Below the pieces are notes generated by a model, which worked only from the letters and a program-made list of their open reading frames with translations, was not told the DNA's origin and did not search any database. This document shows, piece after piece, positions 42,533 through 62,925 of a stretch of 64,000 nt of DNA. The first letter of the stretch is position 1. Every line of letters begins with the position of its first letter. Origin of the DNA: the human T2T-CHM13v2.0 reference genome, Homo sapiens. The DNA is taken from the NCBI RefSeq assembly GCF_009914755.1, contig NC_060943.1; one strand, 5' to 3'. The position numbers and the translations under genes are program-made.

Positions 42533-43499
42533 TAAACTTCTCCTGGGATATTAATATTGTAGCTTTGGTTCTAAAAATTATATATCTTTTTTTTCAAATC
42601 AACCCTGCCGCTCTTTACAATGCTTTATCCTTGAAGATATTTCCAAAATTACATTTCGTTATTTAAACTTCGTAAGCAATATTGTTTCATAGTCCTTGCC
42701 TGATAATTCCAGTATCTGAAATCTTTGTTGGACTGTTTCTGGAGTTATGGGGAACTGGGAGATTCTGAAGGTGTTGATACCTGGGTCATGATGCACCCTG
42801 TCAAGTTTATGGGGAGGAAGAGGCAGAGCTGGAGCTCTTGGCCCCTCCACTCCATCTGGGCTTGCTGCAGGAACCTACCGTGTGACCTTGGCCTTGTTCC
42901 CTGCCCTCTGTGGGCTTTGTGTTCCCAGAGGCAACCATAGAGGATGCTTCTTCTGAGAATCACACCTCTGTGTCTCTCCAGATCCCTTTCCTGATATCTG
43001 TTGAGAAGAGACACCATCCTGGGAAACATCACCCAGAATCCAGTCCCATTTTTCCAAAATGCTTGGAATTGGGGCAGCCCAGCCCAGCCTCGCTAGCCGC
43101 AGGGGGTGGTGGTGGTGGTGGTGTCAGGGTTTGATGGTGGTGTCAGGGTTTGATGGTGAGATCTTTAGGGAGGAGGTGATGTAAAAACTGAAACCTCAAA
43201 TGAGAACAGGACTGAGATAAGTGAGAGTGAGTAGTGGTGGAAGGGGTCCCAGGCAGGAGGAAGGGAGGAAAGATGGAAGAAGGGAAGAAGAGAGGAAGGA
43301 AGGAAGAGAAGGAAGAAAAGAGGGAGGGAAGCAGCAAAGGAAGGAGGGAGGCAGGAATGGAGAGGGCAATCCCAAGGTCCCCCGCCTCCCTCCTTGGACT
43401 TCGATTACCCTGCATCCTGCATCCCAGGCAGGCTCCTCAAGACACCTCTGGGAACGTGCCACTGGGGAAGACGCCTGCAGAGATGAAGCTCTCACCCTG

Positions 43500-43570
43500 G
43501 GTGCACTGTGCCCAGGGCCATTACAGGCCTGGCTGCAAGGCGTCCCTAAAGGTCTCTGATGAAGGTAAGT
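43500..43570 (+). other. Candidate OR10H5 5' non-coding exon and donor
   Basis: Consensus donor GAAG|gtaagt (GT at 43565) in non-repeat sequence ~6.3 kb upstream of the CDS; exon start uncertain. Confidence 0.4.
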
Positions 43571-44014
43571 GGAGTCGTCTATTTCCAAACCTGCTTTCCA
43601 GGATGAAGTGGCAAGAGTACTGGGAGGTGGAAGGGAGAAGGCAAGAGAAGCAGGGAAAATTGGAACAGAGGGAGGCACAGGTTTGGGAAAAGAAACGAGA
43701 GGGAGCATGGGATGATATGGAGTAGGGGTTCTATAGCCTCAGCCACCTGACTCCAGGCTGGGTCAGCCTGTCCTCACTCCAAGTCCCCCATAGAGTCCAC
43801 CTACTGCCTAGAGCAGCCCCCTTTCCACAGCAGTCGTGGCCACCAGGGTCCATGCTGGGGTGGGGAGTGGTCTCTATACTAAGTTGTGGAGGAGGGTGGT
43901 TCTGAGCCAAGCGGGTGACATTGAGTGTGTCACCATGCATGTGGGTGTACTTAGGCATCACCCATGTGTACTCCTGCCTTCACTGTGTGTGTGTGTGTGC
44001 AGTTGTGTGCGCTT

Positions 44015-44990
<976 letters not shown>

Positions 44991-45294
44991 CAGTGCCCTC
45001 ACACATGGAATGGCTGTGTGTCTCCAGTTTATTCCAGCCCCAGATGAGCACCAGGCATTTGGCAAGGGCTCCATAGGTGTGTGCAGAATGAGTGGTGGTG
45101 TCTCTGGTTCTGGCTGGGGGTGTCACCGCCAGTGTGCATTTCAGAGCCAGTGCGACTGTGTGGCATTGCTCAGATCTGTCTGCCTTTGCATCTGTGTGTT
45201 CAGTTGTATGATAAAGTGCATAAGCAGAAAGAGCTGGATGAGTTGAATTGTGTCTCCTTTGAGGAGAGAGGGCACTGGAGCAGGGTCTGGGAGC

Positions 45295-45443
45295 CTGCGT
45301 GTGTGCCAGCCTGGGATTCTGCATTTGCACCAGCCTGGGATTCTGTGTGTGCACCAGCCTAGGGTTCTGCGTGTGCATCATTCTGGAGTTCTGTGTGTGC
45401 AGAAGCCTGAGGTTCTGCGTGTGCACCAGTCTGGGGTTCTGCC
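45295..45443. repeat. 24-bp minisatellite (~6 copies), CTGYGTGTGCACCAGCCTGGGRTT
   Basis: Visible; gives GFCVCTSL / QNPRLVHT periodicity in the ORF track. Confidence 0.85.
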
Positions 45444-45609
45444 TGGGAGCCCTCAGCTGGGAGAAGGACCCTGACCTTTGTCCTTCCCTAGGTCTAGACT
45501 TGTGCAGGGGAGTTGGAGAGCCCCCTTGGAGATTTCTGCTAAGGTGCTGTTCTGGGAAAGAGTGGGACAGAATGTGCCAGAGAGCTGAGAGAGCCCTTTC
45601 TGTATTTCT

Positions 45610-45936
45610 CTTTTCTTTTTTTTCTTTTCTTTTCTTTTTTTTTTTTTTTGAGACAGGGTCTCGCTCTGTCACCCAGGCTGGAATGTAGTGGCATGAACAT
45701 GGCTCACTGCAGCCTCGAATTCCTGTACTCAAGCAATCCTCTCACCTCAGCCTCCTGAGTAGCTGGAACTACAGGTGCACATCACCACGCCTGGCTAATT
45801 TAAAAACAATTTTTTTGGTAAAGATGGGATCTCACTATGTTGCCCAGGCTGGTCTCAAACTCCTGGCCTCAAGTGATCCTCCTGCCTCAGCCTCCAAAAG
45901 TGCTGGGATTATAGGTGTGAGCCACTGGGCATGGCC
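45610..45936 (-). mobile_element. AluJ
   Basis: Full dimer. Confidence 0.85.
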
Positions 45937-46913
45937 CCTTTCTGTAATTTTTAGTAACATTTGTGCATTTAGGAGCAGGGACCTTGGAGCCTGTTGGTAG
46001 CCAGGAGAGAGGAAGAGGTGAGCTGCACAAGGGAGGGAGTGCTGGAGGGTAGGAGGCATTTACAGTGACAGAAGAAGGTTCATCTGGAATGGGGTTGAAG
46101 TCCCTGACTGTCACAGTGCCAATGTGAGTCACCTGGCAGGCAAGGATGAGTGGCAACCAGCTCAGCAGACAGCAAACAGCAATGATGACAGAGATGATCA
46201 CGACAACGTCAGCTGGCAGCCTTGAGAACTGTGTGCTAAGCACTTGGCATCCCGTCGCCCAGGGAACCCCCAGGGCAGGTCTCTGGTTATCCCAGCATAC
46301 AGTGAGAACCTGGGATTTGAACCATGGGTCTGCGTGACTCCACGGCCTGGATATGTCTTAGAGAATTGTCTCTGGCTGTCAGAAGAGGGATGGGGCAGAG
46401 GAGGGGAGATTGGTAAGCACCGTGGGCTGAGAGAGAGGGCGTGAGGCCAGAGCTGGGGTTGTGTCCCTGCTATAGAGGGGGAGGGAGTGAGGCTCAGAGA
46501 TGACAGATGAGGGAGAGGAGGGATGAAGAAGAGGAGGGAGTTGAGGCTATGCTGCAGTTGTTGGCTTGGCTGGCTGGGTCCCCTCCAGCCCACACATGCT
46601 ACTTTTCTGTGTGGAATGATCATTCCTAACTTGAGCCAAACTGTCCATTTTCCAGGTGGTATTCTGAGTCCTCCAAGCATTGGGCTAACCTTGGCTCTGA
46701 GAGATAGTTAGTGACAATCTTCTAGGTAGGGCTAGGAGGAAGTGTAATATTGGGGTGAACCAGGTCCCAGGTAAGTATTCGAAAACGTGCTATCACAACA
46801 GTAGCTTTCTCATAGAAGTAAAAAGTAGGACAGAGGATACTAGAGGCTGGGAAGGGTAGGCAGAAGGGAGAGATAGGGAGAAATTGGCTAAAAGATACAA
46901 AATTACAAATAGA

Positions 46914-47215
<302 letters not shown>

Positions 47216-47288
47216 AAGTAAATACAAATAAAATTTAAAAACAGTAGGCTTCAGTTAATCAAAGATATCTATATAGTTATATAGATAC

Positions 47289-47291
<3 letters not shown>

Positions 47292-47320
<29 letters not shown>
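47292..47320. repeat. (CA)n microsatellite
   Basis: About 14 CA units. Confidence 0.9.
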
Positions 47321-47321
<1 letters not shown>

Positions 47322-47416
47322 TTTTGTTGGACTTAAACTACAGATGTACTCCGCAACTCCTCAGTGATATTTTATCATCCTTATTTGATCATCATTGATA
47401 TGCACAACAGGGGTGA

Positions 47417-47817
<401 letters not shown>

Positions 47818-48268
47818 ATGAATTATTATTAAATTCTCCAGCCTAGGTGACAGAGTGACACTTGGTCTCAAAAAAAAAAATCCTCTCTTTTAGCTTTTTT
47901 GAAAATATGCAATAAGTTACAATTAGCCATATTCACCCACCAGTGCTGCAGATCTTACTGGAATTTTGCCAGTTTGTCAGCTAATTCCCTCTTTATGTTC
48001 TAGGGCACAATTCATTTCATTTAGTTGTTATTTCTATTTTTCATTATCATTTTTTTATTCGCATTTTTTAATTTTCCTTTTATTCTAAAGATTATTATGT
48101 GATATGTTACTGTGGCAATATCACGTAACTCAACCTGATATTTATGTTCTAAATATATAGGTAGTTTTAAGGGTCCTCATCTTAGTAATTTCCAATTTTA
48201 TTTCAGAATGCTCAGAAAACCTGGGTCTTTCTTTTATTAGCACTTGCTACAAATTAAGAGAACTTTAG

Positions 48269-48622
<354 letters not shown>

Positions 48623-48951
48623 TAAGTGTTTATTCCAGGCCCTGTGGCAGGTACATTATGAGCATAATCTTATTAAATCCTCATAACAACCCTGTCAATT
48701 TGGCATTATTATCCATTTCTTTTAGGGATGAGAAAACTAAGGCTCACAACAATCAAGGGACCAACCCACGGTCCCCTAGCTCTGAAGTGGGGATCCAACC
48801 CAGGTGTGGCTGAATAGAGACCACCGAGATTTAAAAATAGGAATAATAATTATTATTTTTATCAGTATTACTATTTGTGAGGTTCTTACTACGGGCCAAG
48901 ACTTGTGCAAAGCAAGTAAGATGCATGATCTTATTTAAACCTTTACACAGT

Positions 48952-49406
<455 letters not shown>

Positions 49407-49429
49407 TAAACTTCAGCACATTATTATTA

Positions 49430-49741
<312 letters not shown>

Positions 49742-49849
49742 TAACATATTTTTGCACATGGAGTAACCATGGCTTGGACAGATGAAGAAGGCGCTCTCAG
49801 ATGTCCTCCCAGGTGGGAGTCACTAGACACCCCTGTGCTCCTAACCACT

Positions 49850-49878
49850 GGGTCTTCTTTCCTCTCTCCACCAACTAG
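49850..49878 (+). promoter_or_regulatory. Splice acceptor of the OR10H5 coding exon, 11 nt upstream of ATG
   Basis: ctaac branch-like motif, pyrimidine tract, then caactag|gggtgaccgccATG. Confidence 0.7.
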
Positions 49879-49889
49879 GGGTGACCGCC

Positions 49890-50837
49890 ATGCAGGGGCT
49901 AAACCACACCTCCGTGTCTGAATTCATCCTCGTTGGCTTCTCTGCCTTCCCCCACCTCCAGCTGATGCTCTTCCTGCTGTTCCTGCTGATGTACCTGTTC
50001 ACGCTGCTGGGCAACCTGCTCATCATGGCCACCGTCTGGAGCGAGCGCAGCCTCCACATGCCCATGTACCTCTTCCTGTGTGCCCTCTCCATCACCGAGA
50101 TCCTCTACACCGTGGCCATCATCCCGCGCATGCTGGCCGACCTGCTGTCCACCCAGCGCTCCATCGCCTTCCTGGCCTGTGCCAGTCAGATGTTCTTCTC
50201 CTTCAGCTTCGGCTTCACCCACTCCTTCCTGCTCACCGTCATGGGCTACGACCGCTACGTGGCCATCTGCCACCCCCTGCGTTACAACGTGCTCATGAGC
50301 CTGCGGGGCTGCACCTGCCGGGTGGGCTGCTCCTGGGCTGGTGGCTTGGTCATGGGGATGGTGGTGACCTCGGCCATTTTCCACCTCGCCTTCTGTGGAC
50401 ACAAGGAGATCCACCATTTCTTCTGCCACGTGCCACCTCTGTTGAAGTTGGCCTGTGGAGACGATGTGCTGGTGGTGGCCAAAGGCGTGGGCTTGGTGTG
50501 TATCACGGCCCTGCTGGGCTGTTTTCTCCTCATCCTCCTCTCCTATGCCTTCATCGTGGCCGCCATCTTGAAGATCCCTTCTGCTGAAGGTCGGAACAAG
50601 GCCTTCTCCACCTGTGCCTCTCACCTCACTGTGGTGGTCGTGCACTATGGCTTTGCCTCCGTCATTTACTTGAAGCCCAAAGGTCCCCAGTCTCCGGAAG
50701 GAGACACCTTGATGGGCATCACCTACACGGTCCTCACACCCTTCCTCAGCCCCATCATCTTCAGCCTCAGGAACAAGGAGCTGAAGGTCGCCATGAAGAA
50801 GACTTGCTTCACCAAACTCTTTCCACAGAACTGCTGA
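49890..50837 (+). CDS. OR10H5: Olfactory receptor family 10 subfamily H member 5 (315 aa)
   Basis: Intact single-exon ORF MQGLNHTS...FPQNC with GN, LHxPMY, MGYDRYVAICHPLRY, KAFSTCASH and PIIFSLRN motifs. Start accgccATG at 49890 (the ORF track's 49881 start is a GTG). Confidence 0.95.
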   Translation: MQGLNHTSVSEFILVGFSAFPHLQLMLFLLFLLMYLFTLLGNLLIMATVWSERSLHMPMYLFLCALSITEILYTVAIIPRMLADLLSTQRSIAFLACASQMFFSFSFGFTHSFLLTVMGYDRYVAICHPLRYNVLMSLRGCTCRVGCSWAGGLVMGMVVTSAIFHLAFCGHKEIHHFFCHVPPLLKLACGDDVLVVAKGVGLVCITALLGCFLLILLSYAFIVAAILKIPSAEGRNKAFSTCASHLTVVVVHYGFASVIYLKPKGPQSPEGDTLMGITYTVLTPFLSPIIFSLRNKELKVAMKKTCFTKLFPQNC

Positions 50838-50884
50838 AATGGCTGACTTTCTCTCAAGAGATGTAGCGAATGGGAACACTTTAG

Positions 50885-51481
<597 letters not shown>

Positions 51482-51609
51482 TAGACATCCCAGTGGTTTC
51501 TTATTGGGGTTTTGATTTGCATTTCCCCGATGACTAATGACAGGCTTTAGGTGCTTAACACATGTGAGTTATTTTACTTCACAGGGAAGATAGGATTACT
51601 AACTCCATT

Positions 51610-51912
51610 TTGTTTGTTCGTTAGTTGGTTGGTTTTATACACGGTCTTGCTCTGTTGCCCAGGCTGGAGTGCAGTAGTCCAATCATGGCTAAGTGCAGCA
51701 TCAACTTCTGGGCTCAAGCAATTCTCCCACCTCAGCCTCCAGAGAAGCTAGCACTGCAGATGCATGCCACCACAAGGGTAACTTTGTATTTTTTGTAGCG
51801 ACAGGATCTCACGATGTTGCCCAGGCTAGTCTTGAACTCCTGGCCTCAAGCAATCCTGCCATCTCGGCCTCCCCAAATGCTGGGATTACAGGCATGAGCC
51901 GTGACACCAGCC
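51610..51912 (-). mobile_element. AluJ
   Basis: Diverged dimer. Confidence 0.82.
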
Positions 51913-52313
51913 AAGTTCTATTCTGAAGATGAGGAAGCTAAGTTATGAAGAGATTAAGTTAATTAGCCAAAGGTCTTGTCACTGACATGGAAAAGCTAGA
52001 ATTGAACCTATTCTTTAAATTAGAGCTGGGGATAAGAAGTACACATTTCTCAGGGCCTGTGAAGAGGGGAAGTCAGTCTGTTCCAGAAAGGGAGGAAGAG
52101 CTGGATTGAAAACAAGAGACACATTCTAGCTAGCACCAATGGAGTGAGCCCAGAACTAGAAATATGCTGTCTCTATGGGTTTAGGAGGAATCACCCAGTG
52201 TCAGAGAATTAGGGATACACCTTATGAGTTTGGCCAAACTGGCTGTAGTATTTCTGTGTTTTTTAGTAGACGTGTTAATACGAAAGAGTGTGTCACATTC
52301 AAATATTAAATTG

Positions 52314-52620
52314 GGCCAGGCACAGTGCCTCACACCTGTAATTCCAAAATTTGGGGAGGCCGTGACAGGAGGATCACTGGAGTCCAGGAGTTCAAGACCA
52401 GCCTGGGCAACAAAGTGAAACCTTATCTCTACAAAAAAATTAAAAAATTAGCTAGACATGGCTGCATGTGCCTGTAGTACCAGCTACTCAAGAGGCTGAG
52501 GTGGGAGGATCACTTGAGCCCAGGAGGTTGAGGCTGCAGTGAGCAGTAATTGTGCCACTGCCCTCCAGCCTGAGTGACAGAGTGAGACCTTGTCCCAAAA
52601 AATTAAATTAAATTAAATTA
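52314..52620 (+). mobile_element. AluJ
   Basis: Diverged dimer. Confidence 0.85.
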
Positions 52621-52684
52621 AACGCTTTGCAAAAAAAAAAAACTACCCATTAAATCCGGGTTCCTGGGTTATATTAGAAGTTCC

Positions 52685-53043
<359 letters not shown>

Positions 53044-53606
53044 CTATAAAATGTAAAGGGATCCCAAATGTTAAACTTCCACCCCCATCACCTCGAGTTG
53101 TCATGGAAAAGAGAATGTTATACCCTGTTTATACCCCACGTGTCCTGGGGTGTAGCTAGTGCTTTCTAGCTGATCATGATTCTGAAGATACCTTGGAATA
53201 GGCTGGGAAACAGGTAAAAATCAGACTGTGTGAGTTTGAAAGAGTGCAGGAAAGGTGGCTTCTGGGTTATATCCAAGATGTGTCATTGTGGTTCCCCGTG
53301 GTGATCAGAAAAGCGAGCCAGCTTGCTGTAGTTTGGTTGACCAATGTCCATGCATTCTGAAATTAAAATAAGCTTTGTGATTACTCCTTCACTTTATTTA
53401 GTAGTAGTCATTGTGTAAATTTGAAACAACCGGAGAAGTTGGGCTTAGTGTTGTTTTTATACATGGCATATTCTAGACCCTGAGGGCCAGGTCAGGGTGA
53501 GGTGAGGGAGACACCTCACCTCCTTTAAACATTATTTAAAATGTTGACATTTTGTTCACCGTGGATTTTTTTTGCATTCATTTTGGTTTTTTAAAATATT
53601 GCATTA

Positions 53607-53954
<348 letters not shown>

Positions 53955-54436
53955 TTACATTGGGTGCTCAAAGTGACTGCCTTATCTCCCCACAAAGGAA
54001 AAACAAAACGCTTGCATTTTTCCCTCAAAAGACTAAAAAATAGAAGCCATCATTAATTTAAAATAGGATTAAGTGCCAAAAGTTCAGTGAGAACACAGCA
54101 GGTCTGGGGGTGTCAACTCTCCATGCCCCAGGTGTGGAAACAGTCCCCCTCTGCCTGCTAGCTTTGGCCAGCCCCCTCCCCCGGGACCCTGTCCTCATCT
54201 CCCCCCATTAATCAGCCTTCACTTTCTGAAGTCTCACACCTCCTGCATTCCTCACTGTTTGCCAAGCCTTGATAATGGTCCCCTCTGTGATTGGTATCCC
54301 CAAGGCAGGACCAGATCCCAGAGAGGTGATTAAGGGGCAGGAGATCCCAGGCTTCAGGGACCTGCTCCCTGAGTTCCTTGGAGCCCAGTGTTGTAGTCCT
54401 AATTGCTAGAGACCAAGGCCAGCTTGAAAGATGTGA

Positions 54437-54908
<472 letters not shown>

Positions 54909-55119
54909 TAAAGGGAAACTCTGAAAAATCATCCCTCTACTTAAACCTTCTGTTTCTCTTAGGATACAGTATAGACTCTAGTGTGATCATCAGGGCTGCG
55001 TGGCCAGGTCTATACTTCATCCCCAAATTCATTCTTTGACCCTATAGCCCAGTGGGCTCCCTGCTGTCCCGGCAGTAAACCAAGCACACCCGGACCCCAG
55101 GAACCTTGCATCTACTCTT

Positions 55120-55842
<723 letters not shown>

Positions 55843-56489
55843 CCTTGCATCTACTCTTGCTTTTGCCTGTAATACCCTTCCCCCACCTGCTCGCACACTC
55901 CCTTCGGTCTTCCTGAGGGTCACCTCCTCAGAAAGCTCTTTCCTGACTTCTCCACACTCGGTCACCACCCCTATTACAAGCCCTCATAGCAACTCACTTA
56001 GGTCCCTCAGAGCTTTTATCACAAGTTCCCATATATATTAATTGGTGCAATTATTTGTTTATTTATGTCTTCCTCTTTCTAGGGCAGACATTGAGATCGG
56101 GATGTCTTATCTAATTGGTTCAACCCTGTCTTCCCAGTGGTGCCTAGAAAAATGCCTGGTACACAGTAGGTGCTCAATAAATGCTTTTTGAGTGAATACA
56201 GCAGGGTTTGTCATTCTGCGCCCGGCTGACATTTGGGGACAGTGATGGGGGCTGTTCTGTGCATTGTAGGATGTTGAGCAGCGTCACTGACTTTGACATA
56301 CTAGGTGCTGTAACATACATATCCTCTGCCTCGTTTCAAAGACCAAAAATTGTCTCTAGAAATTTCCAAATGTGCCCTGGGAAGGGGAGCAAAATCACCA
56401 TTGGCAGAGAAGCATGGGAATGCAGAGACTGGGCTAATAGAGCTCCAGCTGCGTCTTACCCCTCTTGGCTCCCTTAGAACTTTGCTCAT

Positions 56490-57335
<846 letters not shown>

Positions 57336-57499
57336 ATCCGTATCTTGGTCACAGCCCTGATATTTCTCTGTGTATCACTGCACCAGGTAACATGCAAATG
57401 CCTCAAAAGCTGGGAACAGAAACAAACGCTTGTCTATATCCCCAAAATTAGCACAAGTCTGGAGACAAAGAAGGCCACAAATAATTATTAAACTAATCT

Positions 57500-57845
57500 T
57501 AGCCCAGGTATGGTGGCTTACGCCTGTCCTTTATTGGTTGGGCGTGGTGGCTCATGCCTGTAATCCCAGCACTTTTGGAGGTCAAGGCAGGCAGACTGCT
57601 TGAGCTGGGGATTTCAAGACCAACCTTGGCAACATGGTGAAACCCTGTCTCTACAAAAAATTTCAAAAATTAGCCAGCTGTGGTGGCACATGCCTGTGGT
57701 CCTAGATTCTCAAGAAGCTGAGGTGGGAGAATTGCTTGAGGTTGCAGTGAGCCATGATTGCACCACTGCACTCCAGCCTGGGCAACAGAGCAAGACCCTG
57801 TCTCAAAAAAAACGAAACAAAACAAAAACAAATGACAACAAAAAA
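57500..57845 (+). mobile_element. AluJ with a short extra Alu 5' fragment
   Basis: Diverged dimer. Confidence 0.78.
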
Positions 57846-58145
57846 CCCACCAAGCCTGTCCTTTATTAATGGGTATATCTAATGACTTTCTGATATTCAA
57901 GCAGAAACCTTTAGGCAGTGAGAGAGAAGCCATGTGGACATCTTGTGGGGAGAAGGGAATTCCTGGTAGTGGGCACAGCATGTGCAAAGGTCCTGAGGTA
58001 GGAGCATATTTGGTGTGTTTGAGGGACAGTGGGGAGGCTAGAGCAGAGTGACTGAGGGAAGGAGAAAAGGGAGGTGAGGTCAGAGAAGCAGCAGCAGGGC
58101 CCAGATGTGTAGGGCTTTGTTGGCACTGTAAAAACTTCGGATTTC

Positions 58146-58465
<320 letters not shown>

Positions 58466-58489
58466 TTAGTAGAGGAGATATAATACAAT

Positions 58490-58676
58490 GTACACCTCCT
58501 AGGCTCAAGCAATTCTCAGGCCTCAGCCTCCGGAGTAGCTGGGATTACAGGCACACGCCACCACGCCTGGCTAACTTTTGTATTTTTAGTAGAAACAGGG
58601 TTTCACTATGGTGGCCAGGCTGGTCTTGAACTCCTGACCTCAAGTGATCCACCTGCCTCAGCCTCCCAAAGTGCTT
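58490..58676 (-). mobile_element. Alu internal fragment
   Basis: Partial dimer. Confidence 0.75.
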
Positions 58677-59154
58677 TTTCAATCATAAATGTCACTGCTC
58701 TAAACATCCTTTTGTTTACACTGACATGGAATGTCTATAAGATGTCAATCAAATTGGTGGAAATTAGGAGGCAGGATTTCAACCCAGGTCCTTCTCACTC
58801 AAACACGACTCCCCACACACACTTACCCACTGCCCTGGGGGGTAATGAGGTTTCTTTCTCACAGGAAATACATAAGTCAACATTCTGGATTGTTCAGTGT
58901 TGTAGGATTAAATTAGTCCACTTTAGGAATATTTGTTAAGAATTGATATATCGTCCAAGTGCCATGCTGATGCTGGATGTGATAATGTACGAGATGATCA
59001 AACCTCATGACCACATGCAGCTGGCAGCTTAAAGGATCACAATAAGTTAGCATAAGACATCCAGTGCCCAACTCATAGTGGATATCCAGCCTCTTTCCAG
59101 GGTCTCTATCCATTTGGATACCAGCAGGATCAGAGGCCAGTGGGGTCTTTTATA

Positions 59155-59460
59155 AAGAAAAGAAAAGAAAAAAAGAAAAAAAAGAGAGAAAAGAAGGGAA
59201 GGGAAGGGAAGGGAGGGGAGGGAAGGGAACGGAAAGGAAAGGAGAAAAGAAAGGAATGGAAGGGAAGGGAAGGGGGAGGGAAGGAGAAGGGAAGGGAAAG
59301 AGGAGGGAAAGGGAAGGGGGAGGGAGGGAGAAGGGGGAGGGAAGGGGGAGGGAAGGAGAAGGGAAGGGGGAGGGAAGGGGGAGGGAAGGAGAGGCGAAGG
59401 AGAAAGGAAGGTGAAGGGAAGGGAAAAGAAAAGAAAAAAAAGAAAAGAAAAGAGAAAAGA
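59155..59460. repeat. Polypurine (GA-rich) low-complexity tract
   Basis: Visible. Confidence 0.9.
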
Positions 59461-60061
59461 CCTGACTTATGTTCCCGCCCAGATGGCTCTGTTGTCAGGA
59501 GAGGGGAGCATCTTAGCTCAGTGCATAGAAGTTACTCAAGAATTTCTACAAGACTAAAACTTATTTTAAAATCATGAAGGACTGTTGAATTTGTAGAAAT
59601 ATTCCATCTGTGTTCCAAGGATGCACGCTTCAGGGTTTGCAGAGGGTTGCAACTGTCTTCCTGTGCCACAAAAGACTCTAAAGATGCTGAGATGTTTCAT
59701 TTGAAGAAGGACCAGTCCTCCAGAAATTAGGATCCCACTGTAAAAAGGCAATGCTTGAAGTGTTGAATGGAGAAGACTTGGAATCAGAAAAGACTGACAT
59801 TGAAGCTTGGCTCTTCCAAGTTGGTTGGTCTCTGATGAGCCATGCATGTTTTGTGCCTCAGTTTCCCCCTCTATCAAACAGAGGGACTGTGATTATATCT
59901 GCTCTCACTCCCACCTTGTGAGGCGCTAATGATACAACATGCCTGGTGGGTAACAAGATGCATGAACTGTAGCACATATTCTGCAAAGGGAGCTTCTCTG
60001 AGTTTCCAAGTTTTGATTGAAATCGTTTCCCACATCCTCACTTTTCATGCTAATGTGGGAT

Positions 60062-61163
<1,102 letters not shown>

Positions 61164-61214
61164 TTAGAAAAAAATGATGCATAGCTCAAACACAGGAAGA
61201 CCTATTGTCAATAA

Positions 61215-61764
<550 letters not shown>

Positions 61765-61810
61765 TCACACTTGAAATTCTAAGGTTTCCTTGATGTTTAA
61801 AGAGAGTCTG

Positions 61811-61816
61811 TTTATT
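61811..61816 (-). terminator. Candidate OR10H1 polyadenylation signal
   Basis: First canonical minus-strand AATAAA I find downstream of the OR10H1 stop. Confidence 0.35.
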
Positions 61817-62254
61817 GCTATTTCTAACTTCTATTGCATAGATCTGTGCAATGCTGAAATTTAGGGTACTTTTCTCTCCTCTGCTATAATCTGGAGTAGC
61901 CTTACAAAATCTGAGTTGTAGCTACCTGGTGCGGCACTCATAGAGAGTGGGGCATGAAATCTTCCCTCTCTCTTTGCATTGCTGGTTTGCATTATTGGGG
62001 GTATTAGATGACCCTGGCTTTTGGCAAGAGGAGTCTAGATGGAGGTTTGGTGCTAACTGACACAGTTTCTTGCAGCAGATAGAAATAATCAAACCTGGTT
62101 TTCTCTGTGTTAGTATCTCACACACACTTCCACTCCAAATACATCCCTGATGCTGATTAACCTTTGTGTTTATAATTGTATGTCGTCTACAAGGTCCCTT
62201 GTAAACCTTAAAGCATGACAAATAGAGGTTACTATATGTTCATGGATTGTCTTT

Positions 62255-62863
62255 CTTTTAGGGGGGAAGGGATAGGGTCTCACTCTGTCATCCATGCTAG
62301 ACTGCAGTGGCACAGTCATAGTTCACTGTAAGCTCAAACTTCTGGACTTAGGCAGTAATCCCAGTTCAGTCTCCCAGGTAGCTGGGACTACAGGCATGTA
62401 CCACCATGCCAAGCTATTTTTTTCTAAGTTTTTGTAGATATGCAGTCTTGCTATGTTGTCAAGTCTAGTCTTGAACTCCTGGCCTCAAGCAATCCTCCTG
62501 CCTTGGCATCCCAAGGTGCTGGAATTATAAGTGTGAGCCACAGTGCTTGGCTGGAACGTAATTTTCTTTTTTTCTTTCTTTCTTTCTTCTTTGAGACAGT
62601 CTCACTCTGTCGCCCAGGCTGGAGTGCAGTGGTGTGATCTCAGCTCACTGCAACCTCCACCTACCGGGTCAAGCGATTCTTATGCCTCAGCCTCCCAAGT
62701 AGCTAGGGTTACAGGCATGTGCCAACATGCCTGGCTAATTTTTGTATTTTTAGTAGAGATGGGGTTTCGCCATGTTAGCCATGCTGGTCTCAAACTCCTG
62801 ACCTCAGGTGATCCGCCTGCCTCGGCCTCCCAAAGTGCTGGGATTACAGGCATGAGTCACCAC
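62255..62863 (-). mobile_element. Tandem AluJ (~62270-62551) and AluS (~62565-62863)
   Basis: Two dimers; AluS flanked by ggaacgtaatttt repeats. Confidence 0.85.
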
Positions 62864-62925
62864 GGAACGTAATTTTTAACAATAGCCTTCGGTAATCCAA
62901 TTTAGTTGTTCCCAGTGAATTTCTC

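Noticed and set aside
49899-50879. 326-aa ORF antisense to OR10H5, and similar off-frame ORFs over both ORs
   Set aside because: Expected shadow of GC3-rich hydrophobic codon usage; no independent gene signals.
59140-59577. K/E/G/R-rich ORF (similar ones at 43234-43725 and 50881-51267)
   Set aside because: Translations of polypurine low-complexity tracts.
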